Shown one piece after another: positions 1 through 11,413 of a DNA stretch of 64,000 nucleotides. The stretch comes from Clostridia bacterium (GTDB taxonomy: Bacteria > Bacillota > Clostridia > TANB77 > CAG-465): positions 29,864-93,863 of the forward strand of contig JAQSXK010000001.1 of NCBI GenBank assembly GCA_029256705.1. Reading direction: 5' to 3'. The first letter of the stretch is position 1, and the number at the start of each line of letters is the position of its first letter. The translations under genes and the position numbers were made by a program. The notes under the pieces were generated by a model. It had not been told where the DNA came from. It saw only the letters and a program-made list of their open reading frames with translations, and searched no databases.

Positions 1-515
1 ACTAATATATTTTTTTCTATCCCATTTTCTAAGTATTTTTGCCTTAATTTAGCTCCTTCATCTAAAGACAACCTAAGTCTTATTGCTTCTCTTTTTATTA
101 GCTTATCGTCCTCTTTTTGATTGTTTTCTGTATCTCCCCAACCTCTTGCACCGCAAATTATATATTCTTCAGTATCTATAGCATTATTTTGTAGTATATG
201 TATATTACTTATATTAGTTTCTTTTAAAAAACTTTCTAACTTACTCTTAGTATCAAAATAATAATCGTGATTTCCTTTAAGTATTATTTTATTTCCTGGC
301 AAACTATTTATATAGTCAAAATCCCCTTTTGCTTCAGATAAATATGTAGCCCAAGATATATCTCCTGCAATTATAACAAAATCATCTTGTTTAACTTCAT
401 TTTTCCAATTTAATTTTATCTTATCCTCATAATTACACCATACTTTTCCAAATATATTCATCGGTTTATTTGTTCCAAATGATAAATGTAAATCGGATAT
501 TCCAAACACTGACAT
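1..515 (-). CDS. Calcineurin-like metallophosphoesterase (runs off the window edge)
   Basis: Hand translation from ATG at 515: MSVFGISDLHLSFG...AGDISWA...KGNHDY (DxH, GD, GNHD motifs); AGGGGG SD upstream. Not in the ORF track. Confidence 0.88.
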   Translation of the reverse strand, partial: MSVFGISDLHLSFGTNKPMNIFGKVWCNYEDKIKLNWKNEVKQDDFVIIAGDISWATYLSEAKGDFDYINSLPGNKIILKGNHDYYFDTKSKLESFLKETNISNIHILQNNAIDTEEYIICGARGWGDTENNQKEDDKLIKREAIRLRLSLDEGAKLRQKYLENGIEKNIL

Positions 516-544
516 TATTTGTCCCCCTATTTATAAATTATATT

Positions 545-976
545 TTATCTATTATTTTTTAAATTTATTGCTCTTTTAATATCTTCTATAACTTTACTAT
601 CGTCTACACCTATCATAAGCCATTTACAACCATTCATAGATCCACTATTCTTTATTATATCTAAAAAATATTTTGAGTAGACATCTTTTTGCTGCATTAT
701 TTTATTTATTTCTAATTCACGTATTATCAAAAGAATAGTAAAGTATTCTCTATCAGGGTAAATTGTACAAAATGATTTACTCCCTTTTTTATACTTTATA
801 TTCCATCCCGGCATAGCTGAACATTTACTATACCTAACCACTGGAGCAGCATTATATTCATCAGTTAAAAAATTAGCTATTTTAATACAATTTTCTCTTG
901 TGTAATTATTCATATAATCGAGTATTTTTTTTAAGCTAGGCTCTACAAATTGATTTTTAATTATATCCTCAGACAT
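545..976 (-). CDS. DUF3788-family protein
   Basis: GWNIKYKKGSKSFCTIYP and KWLMI motifs typical of DUF3788; AGGAG SD. Confidence 0.7.
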   Translation of the reverse strand: MSEDIIKNQFVEPSLKKILDYMNNYTRENCIKIANFLTDEYNAAPVVRYSKCSAMPGWNIKYKKGSKSFCTIYPDREYFTILLIIRELEINKIMQQKDVYSKYFLDIIKNSGSMNGCKWLMIGVDDSKVIEDIKRAINLKNNR

Positions 977-1001
977 ATTATTTCTCCTCTATTACTATAA
1001 A

Positions 1002-2021
1002 TTACTTGTTATTTTCACCTATTTTCAAATTTGCTTTTGCATTTAAATCAAGGTTTCTTAGTATATTGAATTTAGATTTATCTTCCTCACATATATAATT
1101 ATAATATGCAGCACTAGCTATCATTGCTGCATTATCTGTACAATATTTTAATTCTGGTATATAAGCTTTGAAATTATTTTTATTCGCCTCTTTAACTAAA
1201 TACTCTCTTAAATATTTATTGGCAGCAACTCCTCCTGCAAGTACAACAGTATCAATATTAAGATCTTTCATTGCGTTTAATGTATGTTCAACTAATGTTT
1301 CTACCACATTAACTTCAAAACTTTTTGCCATATCTGCTTTTCTTATATTGTCTCCCTCTTTATGTACTAAATTTATAACTGCTGTTTTAATTCCACTAAA
1401 ACTAAAATCGTAGTTTTCAAACTTTGTTTTAGGTAATTTATATGTAGCCTCTCCATTTTCTGCTAACTTTGAAACTTCAGGTCCACCTGGATATGGTAGT
1501 CCTAATGTTCTTGCTACTTTATCAAAAGCCTCTCCAACGGCGTCATCCCTTGTTTTAGCGATTATTTCTAGTTTAGTGTAATCTTTTACATATATTAGAT
1601 GTGAATGTCCACCTGACACAACTAGAGCTAAAAAAGGTGGTTTTAAATCTGGGTGTGAAATGTAATTTGCAGCTATATGTCCCTCAATATGATGGACAGG
1701 TACTATTGGTAAATTTAAAGCGTATGCTAAAGACTTAGCATATGATACTCCGACAAGTAATGCACCTACCAATCCGGGTCCATACGTTACTCCTATATAT
1801 TCTAAATCATTAAATGTCACGTTTGCCTCATTTAATGATTCTTCTACAACATAAGAAATATTAGACACATGATGCCTTGAAGCAATTTCCGGAACTACTC
1901 CACCATATTGTTTATGTATTTCTATTTGAGATGAGACAATATTTGAAAGAATTTCTCTTCCATCTTTTATCACTGATACTGATGTTTCATCACAACTTGA
2001 TTCTATAACTAATCCTATCAT
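1002..2021 (-). CDS. tsaD: tRNA N6-adenosine threonylcarbamoyltransferase TsaD
   Basis: IESSCDETS, GGVVPEIASRHH, HHIEGH, VSGGHS, DDAVGEAFDK, CTDNAAMI. Confidence 0.97.
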   Translation of the reverse strand: MIGLVIESSCDETSVSVIKDGREILSNIVSSQIEIHKQYGGVVPEIASRHHVSNISYVVEESLNEANVTFNDLEYIGVTYGPGLVGALLVGVSYAKSLAYALNLPIVPVHHIEGHIAANYISHPDLKPPFLALVVSGGHSHLIYVKDYTKLEIIAKTRDDAVGEAFDKVARTLGLPYPGGPEVSKLAENGEATYKLPKTKFENYDFSFSGIKTAVINLVHKEGDNIRKADMAKSFEVNVVETLVEHTLNAMKDLNIDTVVLAGGVAANKYLREYLVKEANKNNFKAYIPELKYCTDNAAMIASAAYYNYICEEDKSKFNILRNLDLNAKANLKIGENNK

Positions 2022-2033
2022 AAGTTTTCCTTT

Positions 2034-2678
2034 CTAAAGATTCAATATTATATTAAGTAAATATGTTATTCCATTTATAAATGGATTCATAATATAATTG
2101 AAAACTCCAGTTACAAGTAATATTATAATTATATAAAATGAGTATTGTTCCATACTATATATGATTTTTTTTGCTCTATATGGTAAAAAATGTAATAACA
2201 CTTTTGAACCATCTAATGGTGGAATTGGTAACATATTAAATACCGCAAATACAACATTATATTGAATAAACAACATAAACATAGTTAATACAATTGAACC
2301 AATATTATTTGCTGAAACTGCATCTAATATATTTGCCATAGATAATAACTTAAGTATTATAGTAGATATAACTGCTAAAAACAAATTAGATAATGGTCCT
2401 GCTAAAGAAACTAGCATATTATCTCTACTCTTATTTTTAAAGTTACTATCATCTACATAAACAGGTTTTCCCCAACCAAAATTAAATACCATTATAGATA
2501 TGAAACCAATTATATCCATATGAACTAGAGGGTCAAGAGTCATCCTACCCTGAAGTTTTTGTGATCTATCTCCTAGTTTATACGCAACATATGAATGTGA
2601 ACATTCATGAACAGCTATAGCTAGCAAAATTATTGGTGCTAAATATAACTTTAAAATTAGACTGTCTCCAAATAACAT
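2034..2678 (-). CDS. Site-2 protease (peptidase M50 family)
   Basis: HECSH zinc motif in a TM segment, AGPLSN, FNMLPIPPLDG. Confidence 0.93.
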   Translation of the reverse strand: MLFGDSLILKLYLAPIILLAIAVHECSHSYVAYKLGDRSQKLQGRMTLDPLVHMDIIGFISIMVFNFGWGKPVYVDDSNFKNKSRDNMLVSLAGPLSNLFLAVISTIILKLLSMANILDAVSANNIGSIVLTMFMLFIQYNVVFAVFNMLPIPPLDGSKVLLHFLPYRAKKIIYSMEQYSFYIIIILLVTGVFNYIMNPFINGITYLLNIILNL

Positions 2679-2824
2679 AAAATTTCTCCTTTTTATTTTT
2701 ACTTATAAATTATATCATATATTAGTTTAAATATCAAAGGTTTTTAATATTTTAATTGTATTGATTAAAATAAATTTTATAACCAAAAACAACTTTTTCT
2801 TTTTGTATTATCTAATTAAAATAA

Positions 2825-2855
2825 AATAGCAAGATATATTTTATACCTTGCTATT
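2825..2855 (-). terminator. Probable intrinsic terminator after mnmA
   Basis: AATAGCAAG...CTTGCTATT inverted repeat just past the stop codon, T-rich on the minus strand. Confidence 0.6.
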
Positions 2856-2859
2856 AAAA

Positions 2860-3933
2860 CTATATTATTTTTCCTCCACCTAAAACGCAGTCATCTATAT
2901 AAAATACTATAGATTGTCCTGGTGTTACGGCCCTTTGCTTATTTTCAAATACAATTTTAGCTGTATTATCTGTTAAAGGATATAACTTTGCCTTCTCCTC
3001 CTTAGCAGAGTAACGTATTTTAGCTGTTATATCTAAAGGTTTATCTATTATATCGAATAAAAGATAATTTATATCTTCTACCAAAACCTCAGTAGAATAA
3101 ATATCTTTTTCTTCGCCTACTATTACATTGTTATTTTTCTTATCTAATTTAACAACATATAATGGCGTACTCTTGGATAATCCTAAACCTTTTCTTTGAC
3201 CTATCGTATAATTAATTATACCTTTATGTCTTGTTAGAATCTTACCATTTGTATCTACTATATTACCTTCTTTTATTTCATCATTCATATTCTCTTTTAA
3301 AAATTTAACATAATCATTATCCGGTATAAAACAGATTTCTTGACTATCTGGTTTTTTAGCGATAAGTAAATTATGCTGCTCTGCAATTTTCCTAACATCA
3401 CTTTTTTCTTCAAAACTACCAAGCGGAAATAATACTTTATCTACTATTTCTTTTGGTATGTTATATAGTGCATATGTTTGGTCTTTTTTTAAAGCTTTAG
3501 ATTTTTTAAGGACATGCTTGTTATACTTTTCACTATATTCAGTTTTAGCATAATGGCCTGTCGCAATATAATCTATTCCTAATTGCTTTGCTTTTTTATA
3601 CATTATATCAAATTTAAGATATCTATTACATTCTATACAAGGATTAGGTGTTTTACCAACTTTATATTGATTTATAAAATCATCTATAACATGCTGTTTA
3701 AATTCATCCATAAAATTAAATACATAATGTGGTATACCTAGTAAGTCACATACCCTTTTTGCATCATATGTTGAACTTAAACTACAACATCCACTATTAC
3801 ATTCCGGTTCTTCATCATTTTGCCATAGTTTCATTGTTGCTCCAATTACATCATAACCTTGCTCTTTAAGCAGAATAGCAGCGACGCTGCTATCTACGCC
3901 ACCACTCATTCCTAATAAAACTTTAGGTTTCAT
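2860..3933 (-). CDS. mnmA: tRNA 2-thiouridylase MnmA
   Basis: GMSGGVDSS, TPNPCIECN, ATGHYA, KDQTY, DSQEICF, YTIGQRKGL, RAVTPGQ. Confidence 0.97.
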   Translation of the reverse strand: MKPKVLLGMSGGVDSSVAAILLKEQGYDVIGATMKLWQNDEEPECNSGCCSLSSTYDAKRVCDLLGIPHYVFNFMDEFKQHVIDDFINQYKVGKTPNPCIECNRYLKFDIMYKKAKQLGIDYIATGHYAKTEYSEKYNKHVLKKSKALKKDQTYALYNIPKEIVDKVLFPLGSFEEKSDVRKIAEQHNLLIAKKPDSQEICFIPDNDYVKFLKENMNDEIKEGNIVDTNGKILTRHKGIINYTIGQRKGLGLSKSTPLYVVKLDKKNNNVIVGEEKDIYSTEVLVEDINYLLFDIIDKPLDITAKIRYSAKEEKAKLYPLTDNTAKIVFENKQRAVTPGQSIVFYIDDCVLGGGKII

Positions 3934-3935
3934 AA

Positions 3936-4382
3936 TTATTCTTGTCCTATATCATGACTATGTACGCATACAGTATTTTTTAAACTACATACTTTATCAA
4001 TATCTTCTTTACTCATACCTTTTTTAGTATAATAATCTGCTATTGCTGCTTTGATAGCTTCTTCAGCTAAAACTGAACAATGCATTTTAGCAGGTGGTAG
4101 TCCATCTAATTCATCAACAACCCTTTTATTAGTTATATCCAATGCTTCTTCAATTGTTTTGCCTTTAACTAGTTCTGTAGATATACTACTTGTAGCTATT
4201 GCTGCTCCACAACCAAATGTTTTAAATTTTACATCCACTATTACGTTATCTTTTATTTTTAAATATATTTTCATGATATCTCCACATACTGGATTACCAA
4301 CTTTTCCTACTCCATCAGCACCTACGATTTGTCCAACATTTCTTGGGTGTTCATAATGGTCCATTACTTTTTTTGAATACAT
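3936..4382 (-). CDS. iscU: Fe-S cluster scaffold protein IscU/NifU
   Basis: YSKKVMDH..PRNVG, GNPVCGD, FGCGAAIA, LPPAKMHCS. Confidence 0.95.
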   Translation of the reverse strand: MYSKKVMDHYEHPRNVGQIVGADGVGKVGNPVCGDIMKIYLKIKDNVIVDVKFKTFGCGAAIATSSISTELVKGKTIEEALDITNKRVVDELDGLPPAKMHCSVLAEEAIKAAIADYYTKKGMSKEDIDKVCSLKNTVCVHSHDIGQE

Positions 4383-4402
4383 TCTTTCTTTCCTCCTATT
4401 AT

Positions 4403-5587
4403 TTACATAGTATATGTTCCGTCTACGAAATCTTCGTAAAGCGGTGACATTTCTCTAAGTCTATTTACTATTTCTTCTAATTCAGTAATTAATTCAATTA
4501 CGTCTTCTTTAGTATTTTCTATACCAAAAGTTACTCTAAGTGATCCATGTGCTACTTCATGTATTAAACCAATAGCGAGTAATACATGAGACGGATCTAA
4601 ACTACCAGATGTACATGCACTACCACTAGATGCGCATATTCCTTTTATATCTAAATTAAGTAGCAAAGATTCTCCTTCTATAAACTTAAATGATATGTTA
4701 GCGTTACCTGGAAGACGTTTTTCTCTATGACCATTTAATTTAACATATGGTATTTTTTCCTCTATTTCAGATATATATAAGTCTCTTAATTCTTTCAAGT
4801 GTCTATTATTTTCATCTAATTTTTCATAAGCCATTTCTATTGCTTTTGAAAGTCCTACAATACCTGCAACATTTTCCGTTCCAGCTCTCTTATTTCTTTC
4901 TTGATGTCCGCCATCTATAAACTTATTAAATCTTACTGTTTTTCTAACATATAACGCACCTACACCTTTTGGTCCATAGAATTTATGTGCGGATAAAGAT
5001 AATAAATCTATATTTAACTTGTTTACATCTATATCTATATTTCCAACTGCTTGTACTGCATCTGTATGGAAATATATCTTATGTTGCTTTGCTATTTTAC
5101 CTATTTCTTCAATAGGTTGAATAGTACCTATTTCATTATTTGCAAACATTATAGTTATTAATATAGTTTTATCTGTTATAGCATTTTTAAGTTCTTCTAA
5201 ATCTACAAGTCCTTCAGAATCTACATTTAAATATGTTACTTCAAAACCATCTTTTTCTAATGATTTACAAGTGTCTAAAACTGCCGGATGTTCTATTTTA
5301 GTTGTTATTATATGATTACCTTTTTTTCTATTAGCATATGCTACACCTTTGATAGCTGTGTTGTCTGATTCACTACCACTTCCAGTAAAGTATATTTCTT
5401 TAGCATCTGCATTAAATACTTTAGCAACCTTTTCTCTTGCGTCTTCTATTGCTTTTTTATTACTTCTACCTAAGCTATATATTGATGATGGATTACCATA
5501 TTCCTCAGTTAAATAAGGAAGCATTTCTTTTAATACATCTTCGTTTAATTTAGTTGTTGCTGCATGATCAAAATATTTTATTTTCAT
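4403..5587 (-). CDS. iscS: Cysteine desulfurase IscS/NifS
   Basis: YFDHAATT, HTDAVQ, SAHKFYGPKG (PLP lysine), SSGSACTS. Confidence 0.96.
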   Translation of the reverse strand: MKIKYFDHAATTKLNEDVLKEMLPYLTEEYGNPSSIYSLGRSNKKAIEDAREKVAKVFNADAKEIYFTGSGSESDNTAIKGVAYANRKKGNHIITTKIEHPAVLDTCKSLEKDGFEVTYLNVDSEGLVDLEELKNAITDKTILITIMFANNEIGTIQPIEEIGKIAKQHKIYFHTDAVQAVGNIDIDVNKLNIDLLSLSAHKFYGPKGVGALYVRKTVRFNKFIDGGHQERNKRAGTENVAGIVGLSKAIEMAYEKLDENNRHLKELRDLYISEIEEKIPYVKLNGHREKRLPGNANISFKFIEGESLLLNLDIKGICASSGSACTSGSLDPSHVLLAIGLIHEVAHGSLRVTFGIENTKEDVIELITELEEIVNRLREMSPLYEDFVDGTYTM

Positions 5588-5671
5588 TATTCCTCCTTTT
5601 TGTTAGCACACGCTAACATTGTTTCAAAAATATATGAGACAGAACACCCATCCCAATATTAATATGTATTT

Positions 5672-5700
5672 AGTATAACATATTATTTTTATATTGTCAA
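5672..5700 (-). promoter_or_regulatory. Sigma-A-type promoter of iscS-iscU-mnmA
   Basis: TTGACA-17 nt-TATACT with extended TG on the minus strand. Confidence 0.7.
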
Positions 5701-5828
5701 TAATATTATTTAAATTTAATTATAATATTAACTATTTAATAATTTATAATTTATCTATACAATTAGTCTTTTCATTTTTATTAAAAATATTCATTTTATA
5801 TAATTATGATCTGTAATAAAAATCTTAT

Positions 5829-5880
5829 ATATAAACAAAAATATAGAATTTATTAAATAATTCTATATTTTTGTTTATAT
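5829..5880. terminator. Long inverted repeat, probable terminator of the 5901-6221 gene
   Basis: 22-bp perfect arms ATATAAACAAAAATATAGAATT with an 8-nt loop. Confidence 0.65.
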
Positions 5881-5900
5881 CATTTTCATTATAAATACCA

Positions 5901-6221
5901 TTACTTAGATATATTTGGCAAATACCATTGTTGCAGAGGTCTGTCAAGTACCCACTCTTTTTCATTAGAATATCTTAAGTATATGACTTCTTTCCCAAGG
6001 GTTACTTTCATGTCTTCTTCAATTTTTTTCACAAAAACTTTATCAAATTCTGTTACATGATGTATTTGTTGCAACTCTTCAGTAATATCAGCGGAAATAT
6101 GTTGAGGCATTCCCATCATATCATCGTCATACTCAACAACAAAAAATACCCGCTTATCATCACTTCTTACAAATAAAGAATCTAGTCTTCCTGAGACAAC
6201 AGTACTATTCATTTTATTCAC
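5901..6221 (-). CDS. Hypothetical protein (true start probably ATG at 6212)
   Basis: Isolated ORF with GAGGAG SD, upstream TTGAAT/TATAAT promoter-like motif and downstream hairpin; no family recognised. Confidence 0.6.
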   Translation of the reverse strand: MNKMNSTVVSGRLDSLFVRSDDKRVFFVVEYDDDMMGMPQHISADITEELQQIHHVTEFDKVFVKKIEEDMKVTLGKEVIYLRYSNEKEWVLDRPLQQWYLPNISK

Positions 6222-6502
6222 TCCTCTAGCAGCATTAGCTACTTAAATTAAATTTTAATACCCATATATTATATCATGTTTTTTTTATAATTCAACCATT
6301 AAATTGTCGAAAGTATACAATAAAAATGTATAAATATAGTTTATATGGACATTTACATATTATTTAAATAAATATATGTTATCTCATATTTTGTAAAATA
6401 TTGTTAAAAATTGTTGACAAAAATTTATATTTATTATAAAATTAATTTAGTATTTAGTATAGTTATAATAACTAATTATTAAATAAAAATAGGAGGATTT
6501 AT

Positions 6503-8047
6503 ATGAAAAAAAATGAAGGTGTTTCTTTAATTGTATTAGTAATAACTATAATAGTTATATTAATATTAGCAGGAACAGTAATATTAAATTTATCAAATAA
6601 TAACCCAATAAATGCAGCAAATGAAGCAAAATTCAAATCAAATGTAAAAACATATGATACGGAATTATCCATAATTTTAACAGATAAATATTTAAAAAAT
6701 AATTTATTTAATCCTAACAATTTTAATGCAGGTATATGGAACGGAACTGGTAATGTACTCGGAACAATAAAAGAATATATAACTAGTATAACAAAAGATG
6801 ATGCAAAAAAATTTGAAATACAGGCAAGTAAATTAGTATATATAGGAACAAATGCTTTAGAGATGCAATGGGCGTCTGAAGCAGGACTATCATCTGGTAC
6901 AATTGTTTTTGATAGTTCTGTATATAACGAAGAAGCTGAATTTTATCAATACTGTTTAAAAGCACTTGAATATAAAACAGATAGTGGAAACGATATAGAT
7001 ATCGATGGTTACTTTGGAAACCAATCAAAAAGTGTACTAAATAAATTTTTAGTAGCAGAAGGATTTTCAAACTTTACATACGAAGCAAGAAACAAACTTG
7101 TTCAATTAGCAGAAAGTAAACCTTACCCTGTTTATAATACTGGATTTATCACTAGCCAAAATAACTTGTCTCATCTATCTTTCGTATATTGTAAATTATC
7201 CAATATAGATAATAGGAGTGATCCTTTTTATTCTATTAATGTATTAAAAAATCTTCCATATATCGTTACTGCAGAACCATCTGAATTATCTTATTCATCA
7301 AAAATGGTTACAGAAGCTATAAAAAGTACCACAAAATTATTTGGATATGTAAATTTAGGACCAAATAATCCTACTGACGCTAAAGCATCATGGATAATGT
7401 CAGATTTGAATGAAGTCAAAGCTCAAATAGATAATATAGCAAATGCTAAATGGTATGGAGTATTTATAGATCAATTTGGTTATGACTGGAATGAAACAAG
7501 AGCAAGGCAAAATGAAATTGTAGATTATGCACATAGTAAAGGTTTATCAGTAATGGCTAATGGTTGGTTTGTAGATGATATATTTGCTTCTATAGTAAAT
7601 GATTCTAATCCTACTGGTACCCCTACTCATCTAGGTTCAAATGATTGGTATCTAATTGAAAGTTTCTTTACAGATGGAACTTCTTATAGAGCTGATAGCT
7701 CATACATAGATAAATATATAAAGGCTATGCAATATCATCAAAGTACTGGAATAAAAATTACTACATTATCATATAAGGTAAGTGCAAAAAGTTGGTCAGA
7801 ATCTTCTGAAGATATAAGAATATCATATATACTTGCGGAATGTTTAAACTATAATGGATGGTGGTTTGGAAAGTCTGACACAAGCGATAATTTAACTTAT
7901 GGACAAGATCCAAGTATAGATTTAGGTACTTTCACACAATATTTGACATATGTTAGTGGTACTAAATACATTGCAAAAACAACAAAATATACAATAGAAT
8001 ATTATGCTGATTCAACTCCTACTATAAATTTATTGCCAAATCCATAG
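6503..8047 (+). CDS. Type IV pilin-like protein fused to a peptidoglycan-binding-like motif and a probable TIM-barrel glycoside hydrolase domain
   Basis: Class III signal MKKNEG|VSLIVLVITIIVILILAG; IDGYFGNQSKSVLNKF resembles PG_binding_1; FGYVNLG...GVFIDQFGYD...WYLIESF resembles GH114/GH135-type barrels; AGGAGG SD and TTGACA-17-TAAAAT promoter. Confidence 0.75.
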   Translation: MKKNEGVSLIVLVITIIVILILAGTVILNLSNNNPINAANEAKFKSNVKTYDTELSIILTDKYLKNNLFNPNNFNAGIWNGTGNVLGTIKEYITSITKDDAKKFEIQASKLVYIGTNALEMQWASEAGLSSGTIVFDSSVYNEEAEFYQYCLKALEYKTDSGNDIDIDGYFGNQSKSVLNKFLVAEGFSNFTYEARNKLVQLAESKPYPVYNTGFITSQNNLSHLSFVYCKLSNIDNRSDPFYSINVLKNLPYIVTAEPSELSYSSKMVTEAIKSTTKLFGYVNLGPNNPTDAKASWIMSDLNEVKAQIDNIANAKWYGVFIDQFGYDWNETRARQNEIVDYAHSKGLSVMANGWFVDDIFASIVNDSNPTGTPTHLGSNDWYLIESFFTDGTSYRADSSYIDKYIKAMQYHQSTGIKITTLSYKVSAKSWSESSEDIRISYILAECLNYNGWWFGKSDTSDNLTYGQDPSIDLGTFTQYLTYVSGTKYIAKTTKYTIEYYADSTPTINLLPNP

Positions 8048-8057
8048 ATAAAAAATT

Positions 8058-8097
8058 AACCCATCCTTTAATATGATATCATATTAAAGGATGGGTT
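8058..8097. terminator. 40-bp perfect palindrome between convergent genes (bidirectional terminator)
   Basis: AACCCATCCTTTAATATGAT|ATCATATTAAAGGATGGGTT. Confidence 0.75.
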
Positions 8098-8112
8098 TTA
8101 TAATATTTATAA

Positions 8113-9723
<1,611 letters not shown>

Positions 9724-9743
9724 CTAACAATTAAAACTAATAC

Positions 9744-10208
9744 TTATTTTAACTTTTTTTTCAACCTACTTTTTGCTGTTTTTTTAACACAGCTTTTACA
9801 CTTAGCACTTTCTGGATTATAACAGCATTCCAAATCACTAACATCTATTATACTTTGTATATATGTTTCTAACTTATTTATTGTATCTTCAGAAACTGAA
9901 TGTTTCATAGTTTTAGCTTCATTTTCTGCAATATCTTTATCTACTTCTAAAACCTCTACTAAAAAAGCTTTCAAAGTATTATGCCTCTTTAATATGTTTT
10001 TAGCAATAGTTTTTCCTATATCAGTAAGTTCAATATCTCCATAATTTTCATATTCAATTAACCCTTCAGATTTTAAAACTTTAAGTGCCCTATTAACACT
10101 TGCTTTTGAATAATTCAAATATTTTGCAATATCTGTTACCCTTGCAAAAGAAAATTTTTGTATTAATATATATATCGTTTTTAAATATTCTTCTAATGAT
10201 GCACTCAT
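9744..10208 (-). CDS. DtxR/MntR-family metal-dependent transcriptional regulator
   Basis: SLEEYLKTIY, ARVTDIA..L..SKASV HTH, RH..LKAFL, EA..MKH. Confidence 0.9.
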   Translation of the reverse strand: MSASLEEYLKTIYILIQKFSFARVTDIAKYLNYSKASVNRALKVLKSEGLIEYENYGDIELTDIGKTIAKNILKRHNTLKAFLVEVLEVDKDIAENEAKTMKHSVSEDTINKLETYIQSIIDVSDLECCYNPESAKCKSCVKKTAKSRLKKKLK

Positions 10209-10265
10209 ATATTCACTCCTTTCTTTATATTTTTTGTAATATTATTTTAAGCTTATATAATGAAA

Positions 10266-10961
10266 TTAAAATGCTATATATAACAAATATAGCGCCATTA
10301 TTAATGTTATAATTCCAAAAACTATTTTTAATATTTGTCCTACTTTCATATATTTATTACTAACTGAAAGTTTATTAATTGCTTCTAATGAAGTTCCAGC
10401 TAGTATAATTACTGCGCAATGACCTATAGAATATACCGCCATAAGCAAAGCTCCAATTAGTATATTTCCTTGATTTGAAGTATATGTAAGTATTACTGCA
10501 AGAGCTGGAGTTGAACAAGGTGAATCAAATATTCCGCCTAGTATTCCTAAAAAGAATGCTCCAAGTACTCCTTTTCTTAATTTTGGTTTATGACAATGAT
10601 CTTTTTCTTTATGTTTTATAACACCAAAAAGTTGTAACGTTACAAATATAAGGATAAATGCTAATATGTAATACCATAGATCCCCAAATATTCTAAGCCT
10701 ATCTCCTATTAGAACTGAAGAAATACCAATTATAGTAAATGTAATTACTATACCTATTGAAAAGAATATACTATATAGCCATCCTTTTTTACTTGAGCAA
10801 TCTTTACACTCTGTACCAACGTACCCTATTATTAAAGGAAGTGTAGATAAACTACAAGGGCTAAATGATGATACTAGTCCAGCTATCAAAGCTATGAATA
10901 TTCCTAAAAATATATTTTGATTTAATGCTCCTGCAAAATTATTCAATATACCATCCATCAT
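10266..10961 (-). CDS. ccdA: CcdA/DsbD-family disulfide-transfer membrane protein
   Basis: SFSPCSLSTLP and SPCSTPAL cysteine motifs, multiple TM helices. Confidence 0.88.
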   Translation of the reverse strand: MMDGILNNFAGALNQNIFLGIFIALIAGLVSSFSPCSLSTLPLIIGYVGTECKDCSSKKGWLYSIFFSIGIVITFTIIGISSVLIGDRLRIFGDLWYYILAFILIFVTLQLFGVIKHKEKDHCHKPKLRKGVLGAFFLGILGGIFDSPCSTPALAVILTYTSNQGNILIGALLMAVYSIGHCAVIILAGTSLEAINKLSVSNKYMKVGQILKIVFGIITLIMALYLLYIAF

Positions 10962-11413
10962 TTATTACCCCATTTATCTATAAATTTTCTAAATTCATCT
11001 TCTGGTACATAACCTATTAACTTATCTACTTTTGCACCTTTTTCATCTACCACAACAAATGTAGGAGTATATGCTATCCCATAAGTATAACACAATTTTG
11101 TATTTTTTTCATCATCTACATCGATATATTCAAATTTAATTGATGATTTATACTCTTCCTTTATTTTTTCATATATAGGATCCATTTGTCTACATGCCAA
11201 GCAAAACTCAGATCCGAAATTATATACTTTATATGTTTTTATAGTTACTTCTTCGTTATGATCTAAGCAATTTGGATCGCTGCAATCACTTGAGACACTT
11301 CCATTTAACTTTTTAGCAACAAATACTGCTAGAATAAGAAGCACTATTACTCCAATTATTATATATGACCTATTGTTTTTTATTTTATCCAAAATACAAA
11401 ACTCCTTTAACAT
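10958..11413 (-). CDS. Membrane-anchored thioredoxin-like protein (start probably TTG at 11392)
   Basis: N-terminal TM helix, CLAC active site, YTPTF cis-Pro loop; AAAGGAG SD precedes TTG 11392. Confidence 0.85.
   Translation of the reverse strand: MLKEFCILDKIKNNRSYIIIGVIVLLILAVFVAKKLNGSVSSDCSDPNCLDHNEEVTIKTYKVYNFGSEFCLACRQMDPIYEKIKEEYKSSIKFEYIDVDDEKNTKLCYTYGIAYTPTFVVVDEKGAKVDKLIGYVPEDEFRKFIDKWGNK

Noticed and set aside
6305-6311. Perfect Spo0A box TGTCGAA in the divergent promoter region
   Set aside because: A single 7-mer is too weak to call without conservation data.
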